Assembly (NCBI GenBank): GCA_043802525.1
Contig: JAZDKY010000062.1
Span: 8,446 to 72,445, forward strand
Origin: a bacterium
Lineage (GTDB): Bacteria; Verrucomicrobiota; Kiritimatiellia; CAIVKH01
Direction: 5' to 3'
DNA length: 64,000 nucleotides
Each line of letters starts with the position of its first letter. Position 1 is the first letter of the stretch. A program made the translations under genes and the position numbers. This document shows positions 58,017 to 64,000 of the stretch, piece after piece. Below the pieces are notes generated by a model. It did no database searches, was not told the DNA's origin, and saw only the letters and a program-made list of their open reading frames with translations.

Positions 58017-58197
58017 ATTCGGGATTCGATGATTCGTTGATTTGATAATTCGTTCATTCGGGATTTGGTGCTCCGAATAACGAATTAACGAATTAACGAA
58101 TCATCGAATTACCGAATCCCGAATATCGAATTATCGAATCCTCGAACCCCAAATCCCGAATATCGAATCAACGAATCATCCAATATCCAAATCCAAC
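58016..58197. repeat. Empty 7/8-mer hairpin cassette 5 (GATTCG / CGAAT arms)
   Basis: gattcgg/gattcgat units followed by cgaatat/cgaattaa units; fills the whole stop-to-start interval. Confidence 0.88.
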
Positions 58198-58905
58198 ATG
58201 ACAGACTCCGATCCCAGTGATTTCGATGCGTATGCCGAGCACTACGGCGAGGCGCTTTCGCGCGGCATCTCCGTTTCCGGCGAGTCCAAGGAATACTTCG
58301 CGCAGGGCAGGGTGGCACTGCTCGCGCGCCGCCTCGCGGAACTGGGCGTGCGGCCCGTGCGGGTGATGGACTATGGGTGCGGTACGGGCACCGCGACGCC
58401 GTTTCTTCGCGACATACTGGGGTCGACCAGCATCGTTGGTGTCGACATTTCCGGGAAGTCGATCGAGCACGCACGCGCACACCAGCCGGGCGCGGAGTTC
58501 CACGTGCAATCCGACGTGAACCCCGCGGGCGATTTCGACGCGGTGTATTGCAATGGCGTGTTCCACCATATCCCGCCGCCGGAACGGCTCGGGGCGTTTC
58601 GTTTCATCCGCGATTGCCTGCGGCCCGGCGGCGTGTTCGCGCTGTGGGAGAACAATCCGTGGAATCCGGGGACCCAACTGGTCATGGCGCGGATCCCGTT
58701 CGACCGTGACGCGGTGAAAATCTCCGCGCCCGCGGCCGGGCGGCTGCTTCGCGCGGCGGGGCTGGACGTGATCCGAACCGATTTCTATTTCATTTTCCCG
58801 CACAGGTTTCGCGCGCTTCGGTTCCTTGAAGCGCCCCTCGCGCGCGTTCCGCTCGGCGCGCAGTACCAAGTGCTGGCGCGGAACCCGCAAAGGAGGCCCA
58901 CATGA
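58198..58905 (+). CDS. Class I SAM-dependent methyltransferase
   Basis: MDYGCGTG, GVDIS, GVFHHI, LRPGG, ENNPWNP. Confidence 0.92.
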   Translation: MTDSDPSDFDAYAEHYGEALSRGISVSGESKEYFAQGRVALLARRLAELGVRPVRVMDYGCGTGTATPFLRDILGSTSIVGVDISGKSIEHARAHQPGAEFHVQSDVNPAGDFDAVYCNGVFHHIPPPERLGAFRFIRDCLRPGGVFALWENNPWNPGTQLVMARIPFDRDAVKISAPAAGRLLRAAGLDVIRTDFYFIFPHRFRALRFLEAPLARVPLGAQYQVLARNPQRRPT

Positions 58906-59627
58906 AAAAAAGGCTGGTCAATGCCCTCTTGGCGAGGATTGGACTCGAATTGCGTCGCACTGCGGCGAGCGAAGAAAGACCGTGGGATCACATCTTTCGC
59001 GGCGGCATCGCAGCCGAGGTCACAACGGGAGGCGACGCCAACGCTGTGGTCGAATCGGCATGGGGAACGCCCGGATGGGAGAAGTATATCACGGCCCATG
59101 TAACCGAGGGAATGGTCGTTTGCGAGATCGGGCCCGGCGTCGGCCGATGGACCCGACTCGTACTCGACGCGGCCAGCAAACTCTATCTCGTCGATTATTC
59201 GAAACTGGTTTGCGATTACTGGCGCAAGAAGAATGACGGTCGACTCATTGTCATCCAGAGCGCCAACACGAGAATTCCCGACGTGCCGAGTGCATCCGTG
59301 GACTTGTTCATGTCCTTTGACGTCTTCGTGCACATGGATGTCGAAGTGGTGTTCGGTTACCTGCAGGAGGCCTATCGCGTGCTCAAGCCGTCGGGCGTCG
59401 CCCTGATCGACTACCTCTCGCTGGACGATCGACGTTCGGCGCAGTGGTTTATTGATGAACTCCGGAAGCAGGGGAGCTTCGATGCTCCTGACGAGGTGAA
59501 GCGATCGATTTTTCGGATGCACCATCACGAGACTATCCAGGTGCTGGCCGAAACTATCGGTTTCGAATTCAGCAACGTAAAAGACGCGTGGTGGATGCAC
59601 AACATCTGCACGCTCAGGAAGCGCTGA
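58902..59627 (+). CDS. Class I SAM-dependent methyltransferase
   Basis: EIGPGVGRW, SFDVFVH, RVLKPSG; AGGAGG RBS. Confidence 0.9.
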   Translation: MKKRLVNALLARIGLELRRTAASEERPWDHIFRGGIAAEVTTGGDANAVVESAWGTPGWEKYITAHVTEGMVVCEIGPGVGRWTRLVLDAASKLYLVDYSKLVCDYWRKKNDGRLIVIQSANTRIPDVPSASVDLFMSFDVFVHMDVEVVFGYLQEAYRVLKPSGVALIDYLSLDDRRSAQWFIDELRKQGSFDAPDEVKRSIFRMHHHETIQVLAETIGFEFSNVKDAWWMHNICTLRKR

Positions 59628-59736
59628 CTTTCGCGCGTGGTGCCCGCAAGAAAACAAGACACCGTCGCTTCGTGCGAAAGTCAGGCTGGGAGGATGCGAT
59701 ACTCAGACACGTCCGTTCTTGTTTCAACTCCAGCAA

Positions 59737-59902
59737 CATTCGCGTTCATTCGCGCCTGCCCGCCGCAGCCCGCCACTTGGCGGGCAAGCCCCTGTCCGGC
59801 CTTTGGCGGATTGGCGAAGGAGGGTCAATTCGCGGTTTCCTTTTCCGTGTCTTTCCGTGTATTCCGTGGGCGCATGTCGCTTTGGTTGCGGCTCTGCCGT
59901 GC
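59737..59902. repeat. Cassette arm with nested REP-like insert, overlapping the 3' end of the minus-strand gene
   Basis: GCACGGCAGAGCCGCAACCAAA motif and CACGGAA/CGCGAAT units on the minus strand; insert 59754-59822 matches 46513-46580. Confidence 0.75.
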
Positions 59903-61657
59903 CAAGTGGTCCATCCTTTCAAGCCGGCCGGAGGCCCAGTCTTCCGCCGGAAGAAACCGGTAGAAGGGCCGTTCCGGAAATGCGTCGCGGAGGCACGTTG
60001 CGTCGCCGCCGGGATCGCGCGCGTAGATTACGCCGCGCAGGAACGGATCGTTCAGATGGAAAACCGATGAATAGCTCAGTTCGGATGAGTCCTCCGTCGG
60101 GACGAGCACAACGGCTTCGTGCAGTTCTGCTTCGCGAACCGCGCGTGCCACGACCGGCGAAGACTGTTCGTAGCCATGACCGTACTTCGGCGCGATGTAG
60201 GATGGCCAGTAGTGTGCCGCGGCGTAGAGCGTGAGCGCAGCGACGAAGCCAATCAGCCAGCCTTTTGCGGCGGTTCCGAGCCAGCGCTCCGCCGCTGTGC
60301 CTGCGGTTTCGAGGGCGCCCACGAGCAGCGCGAGGGCGAACGGCAGCGCGAGCGTGTAATAGCGGGCCTCGTACTCCGCGCCCAGATAGTCGTAAAGGGA
60401 ATAAGCGGCCATGACGGTGATCATCGCAGCCGCACAGAAAGCGATCACGCGCGGACGCGCCGGTCGCCAAAGGGCGAGCGGCGTAATTAGCAGCGCGAGA
60501 GGCCACCCGGCCATCGCGCTGTTGAACCGGAAGCAAGTCAGGGCGGCATAGCGGGCGGCCGTGGCCGGCGTGTACGAGGCTGTGAAGCCGACCTGGTCTT
60601 TGAAGAGCGGCGTCATGAGATGGGGGTTCGTCGATGCGTAGCCGATTTCGAACGAGCCAAAGAGTGCGCTGTTCCATGCGACCCACGCTGCGCCGGCCAG
60701 CGCGACTCCGGGAACCAGCCGTGGCGTCAATCGCAGCACGCGGGTCCGCAGCGTCGAAGTCATGAGGGCAAGGGAGATAACGCCGAGCAACGCGGCGATC
60801 ACCATGTCCTGTGGCCTGAAAAGCGCGGATACGCCGATACACAGACCGGCCGCTAACGCGGCGACGGCGGGCCGCAGCGCGGACTGCACGGCGGCCCGCG
60901 CGAGCAGGAGAATACCGAGGGCCAGGAAGAAGAGTGAGGGGATGTGCGACATGTACGACGCGCCGAGCAGCAGCGCCAGCGGTGACAGTGCGAACAGGAT
61001 CGCGACGGCGCGCCCGCGCACGGTCCCGAGGGCGAGGCTGCCAAGGCGCGAAACCACGAGCGCCGTGAGCGCGAAGAGGATCGGACCTGCGAGCCAGGGG
61101 ATACCCAGCATGGTCCCGGGCGTGAGCAGTACGGGCTGGCCCGGCGGGTACTTGCTGAACCAACGGCCCGTGTCGAGCATGACCATGTGATGTTGGAAGA
61201 ACCGGTCGGGGCAGGGCGGCAGCGGGGCGTACAGTCTGCCCTCGGCCAGCAAACGCGACTGGAAAAGGTGGCATGTTTCGTCGGTGATGTGCGGGTGTCG
61301 CTCGAGCAAAGAGGATTGGACCGAAAGAACGAGCGCCAGCGCCGTGATGAACAAAATCGAGGAAAACAATCCTTCGCGCGATGCGGTCACCCGGTCGCGG
61401 ATTTCCTGGATGATGGACGGTGCGAGCGCGGCGAGCGGCGATGCGACGAGGAGGCATAGGCCAAGCGTCTGCTGGGCGTGCTCCAGCAAGGCGCGGAAGC
61501 TTGGTCCGATGGCGCCGTCCGGCGAGAAAACACCGGCCAGCGCAACGAGCGGATAGAAACCAGCCGCAGCGGCCGCTTCGATCAGTGCGCCTGGCGCCGC
61601 CAGACTCAGGACGGCTCGGGCGGCGTTCTTCTGTCCCGACGTCGTGAGAATATTCAC
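59825..61657 (-). CDS. Multi-TM GT-C-like glycosyltransferase
   Basis: TDETCH, SKYPPG, MSH, RPQD, ARYY. Confidence 0.7.
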   Translation of the reverse strand: MNILTTSGQKNAARAVLSLAAPGALIEAAAAAGFYPLVALAGVFSPDGAIGPSFRALLEHAQQTLGLCLLVASPLAALAPSIIQEIRDRVTASREGLFSSILFITALALVLSVQSSLLERHPHITDETCHLFQSRLLAEGRLYAPLPPCPDRFFQHHMVMLDTGRWFSKYPPGQPVLLTPGTMLGIPWLAGPILFALTALVVSRLGSLALGTVRGRAVAILFALSPLALLLGASYMSHIPSLFFLALGILLLARAAVQSALRPAVAALAAGLCIGVSALFRPQDMVIAALLGVISLALMTSTLRTRVLRLTPRLVPGVALAGAAWVAWNSALFGSFEIGYASTNPHLMTPLFKDQVGFTASYTPATAARYAALTCFRFNSAMAGWPLALLITPLALWRPARPRVIAFCAAAMITVMAAYSLYDYLGAEYEARYYTLALPFALALLVGALETAGTAAERWLGTAAKGWLIGFVAALTLYAAAHYWPSYIAPKYGHGYEQSSPVVARAVREAELHEAVVLVPTEDSSELSYSSVFHLNDPFLRGVIYARDPGGDATCLRDAFPERPFYRFLPAEDWASGRLERMDHLARQSRNQSDMRPRNTRKDTEKETAN

Positions 61658-61672
61658 CGTGCGTATACCGCG

Positions 61673-63226
61673 CTACTCCTGCCGCCCGGAACCGACGGCC
61701 AGGCAGTCCACCATGAACACGTTCGTCAAAGCGGTCCGATTCTGCGTGCGCGGGTCATACCATGCATGCCATGCCAGGATATCGCCTTCGACGTGCGCGC
61801 CGTGCTCTGCGTCGAGGATGCCGGCGGGTCGCGTCATGCCGGGGCGGATCAGGTGAAGCATGGAGTTCAGCGCGAAGCCGCGCATGAGTCCCACATTTCC
61901 GTAGTTGGCCCATGCGGACGGGTCATTGAGCGAAGGCTGCACGAGATGCTTCGCCTGGCGCTGGCAGAGCTGCGTCGTGTTGAAGACGACCAACTCCCGG
62001 TCAGCCCAGGCCCGTTCGTGTCGCGCGAGGTATTCAAAGATATTCCGCTGGAAGGAGGCCGAGTCGCGCCATTGCGCCGACGTTCCCTGGTTTGCCGCGA
62101 GGCAGACCAGGATGATGGGAAAGGCCGGCACAAGCCAGTGCCGCGCGGGGATCCTGTTCAGCAGCACCGCGGCGCCGATCGCCACGCCGACGGCGGGCAG
62201 GTAGTTCAGCCGGCCACCGGTCCATGACACCAGACTGACGACCTGTGTGCCGGCAGCCCAAGCCAGCGCGAAAAGGAAGACGCGTCCTGCGGGCATGGCT
62301 TCGCGAGGGGTCTTGTTGCCGGGTTCCGAGCGGGTGATCAGTACGCAGATTCCTGCAGTCGTGAGGATGCTGATCAGCGCAAACATGCGCTGTTGGTGAA
62401 GAGGCAGCGTGTCGAATCCCGCCAAACCGTTGAGGATCGTATCGCCCATGCGGCCGCCGACCCACCAGCGGACTATTTCCTTGGCGTTCCAGATCACGTC
62501 GCTGAGACCGAAGCCCACGGCCCGGTGTGGAAAGAGCAGGTTGTTTGCCGTGCCGAAGCCGCCGGTGGATCGCCACGCGATGTATACGAGGCATACGCCG
62601 ACCAGGGTCGCGCATGCGACCGCAGCGCGCCGCCAACTCCTGCGGTTTTCGAGAAACAGGAGGACGAAGGGCAGTGCAACGCCGACTTCGTACGTGGCGA
62701 GTCCTACGCCAAAGAGGAGAGCCGACGCCACGAGGTTGAACGGGGACTTGCCACGCGTGAATCGAAGCCAGCATAGTGCCGCCGCGACATACGCGACGAA
62801 TCCGGGGCCGTAAGGTATCATGGTGGCCCACTGGTACGATTCAGTCAGGTTCGGGACGAGGGCGAAGACCATGCCGGCGAGGAAGCATTCGCGCGTATCG
62901 CCGGTCAGCGTGTAGACCAGCAGCATGGTCAGCGCGAGCATCGCAGAATTGCAGACAATGCCAAAGATCGCGTAACCTGCGGTCCAATCGTCGAACAGGT
63001 GGAAGGTCGACAGCAGCAGGCCGGTGCCTACAGGGCGATCCGGCCAGCGGAGAACCATGGCCCAGGCATCGCCGAGACCGGAGCAGGAGCGTCCAAGTTC
63101 GAGGAGCCGCCAGTCATCGAGGGCGAAGTCCACGAAAGGGGCGCCGGCGAATCGCGAGTAGAACTGGACGAGCAGGGCGATCGCCAGGAAAAAACCGAGT
63201 GATGGCTTGTTGGGGCGTGAGTCCAT
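61673..63226 (-). CDS. Multi-TM GT-C-like glycosyltransferase
   Basis: LDDW, DRP, TYE and RLNYLP motifs; start uncertain. Confidence 0.65.
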   Translation of the reverse strand: MDSRPNKPSLGFFLAIALLVQFYSRFAGAPFVDFALDDWRLLELGRSCSGLGDAWAMVLRWPDRPVGTGLLLSTFHLFDDWTAGYAIFGIVCNSAMLALTMLLVYTLTGDTRECFLAGMVFALVPNLTESYQWATMIPYGPGFVAYVAAALCWLRFTRGKSPFNLVASALLFGVGLATYEVGVALPFVLLFLENRRSWRRAAVACATLVGVCLVYIAWRSTGGFGTANNLLFPHRAVGFGLSDVIWNAKEIVRWWVGGRMGDTILNGLAGFDTLPLHQQRMFALISILTTAGICVLITRSEPGNKTPREAMPAGRVFLFALAWAAGTQVVSLVSWTGGRLNYLPAVGVAIGAAVLLNRIPARHWLVPAFPIILVCLAANQGTSAQWRDSASFQRNIFEYLARHERAWADRELVVFNTTQLCQRQAKHLVQPSLNDPSAWANYGNVGLMRGFALNSMLHLIRPGMTRPAGILDAEHGAHVEGDILAWHAWYDPRTQNRTALTNVFMVDCLAVGSGRQE

Positions 63227-63320
63227 GCAGGATGTCGTGCGCGGTTGAAGATTAGGCGGAACATGCGGAAACTTCAAGGCCCAGTAAAGCGATCATGGGC
63301 GGGAGCACCGGAGGACGGTC

Positions 63321-64000
63321 GTGGCAAATAGAATCATTTCGGGCATTTTCCAATCGCCTTTCGGCTACCGGTACATCAGGGGCCTGTTCCATTTCGGCGT
63401 CCGGCGCGCGCCAATCCGGAATGCGCTTGAACTCCGGGACGGCGACCGTGTTCTCGATGTGGGATGCGGCACGGGTGACTACTCCGTGATCGTCCATTCG
63501 CCTCGCTACTCCTACCAGGGAATAGATATGTGCGAGGAGTACATCCTGCGGGCCCGCGCGGACCATGGCGCGCCGTTCAGAACATTCGAGGTGATGAACG
63601 TTGTCACGATGGATTTCGCCCCGCGCTCGTTCGATAAGGCGCTGTTTCTCGGCGTCATGCATCACCTGACGGATGATGAAAACCTGGAGGTTCTGCGGCG
63701 CATCAACAGCCTCGTAAAGAATCGTCTGGTGATCATGGATCTCAGTCCTGGCGGCCGGCATTTCGTCAACAATATCTTGTGCCGTCACGACCGTGGCGAG
63801 TATCCGAGGACGCTGGAGGAGCAGTGCCGCCTCGTCAACCGCGTGATGAAGATCACCTACGCGGGAAATTATTTCGTCCGTTCCGGCATACAGCGATACT
63901 CGTTGATGGTCGCGTCGCCCCTGAATCAGGGCGTCGACTCCGCGACCACGAAGAGCGAGACGCCGAACGGGAAGGAGACATACCGGGTCAGCACGGCTTC
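63321..64000 (+). CDS. Class I SAM-dependent methyltransferase (runs off the window; not in the ORF track)
   Basis: GGAGGA RBS, GTG at 63321, VLDVGCGTG, GID, GVMHHL; no stop found before 64000. Confidence 0.85.
   Translation, partial: MANRIISGIFQSPFGYRYIRGLFHFGVRRAPIRNALELRDGDRVLDVGCGTGDYSVIVHSPRYSYQGIDMCEEYILRARADHGAPFRTFEVMNVVTMDFAPRSFDKALFLGVMHHLTDDENLEVLRRINSLVKNRLVIMDLSPGGRHFVNNILCRHDRGEYPRTLEEQCRLVNRVMKITYAGNYFVRSGIQRYSLMVASPLNQGVDSATTKSETPNGKETYRVSTA
63926..64000 (-). CDS. 3' end of a convergent gene, probably a methyltransferase (partial)
   Basis: Minus frame EAVLTRYVSFPFGVSLFVVAESTP-stop; PFGVSL is a common methyltransferase C-terminal strand. Confidence 0.5.
   Translation of the reverse strand, partial: EAVLTRYVSFPFGVSLFVVAESTP

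Overview
GC-rich bacterial window that lies entirely inside a very large surface-glycan biosynthesis and decoration locus of about 55 CDS. It encodes many GT2/GT4/GT9 glycosyltransferases, eight multi-TM GT-C-like proteins, four polyprenol-phosphate sugar synthase-like GT2s and about ten SAM methyltransferases. It also has three MBOAT+SGNH (AlgI/AlgJ-type) O-acylation pairs, an FkbH-ACP-GNAT module, two polysaccharide deacetylases, two NDP-sugar epimerases and a eukaryote-type UDP-galactopyranose mutase. I saw no rRNA, tRNA, CRISPR, transposase or reverse transcriptase. The most unusual signal is intergenic. Many gene junctions carry fold-back cassettes whose arms are degenerate short tandem repeats (7-8-mers or 9-11-mers) in inverted orientation. 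These cassettes either enclose a small cargo gene (four-helix-bundle/IVS-type protein twice, GxxExxY protein once) or are empty. Two empty heptamer cassettes contain mini-ORFs coupled to both neighbours (TGATG ... ATGA) that differ by exactly three heptamers. One cassette core occurs in both orientations behind the same flank. MITEs and REP-like hairpins are nested inside the cassettes. Four single-base indels (two enzyme genes, one cargo gene, one start codon) could be real or sequencing errors. All protein calls come from motif recognition, not database searches.
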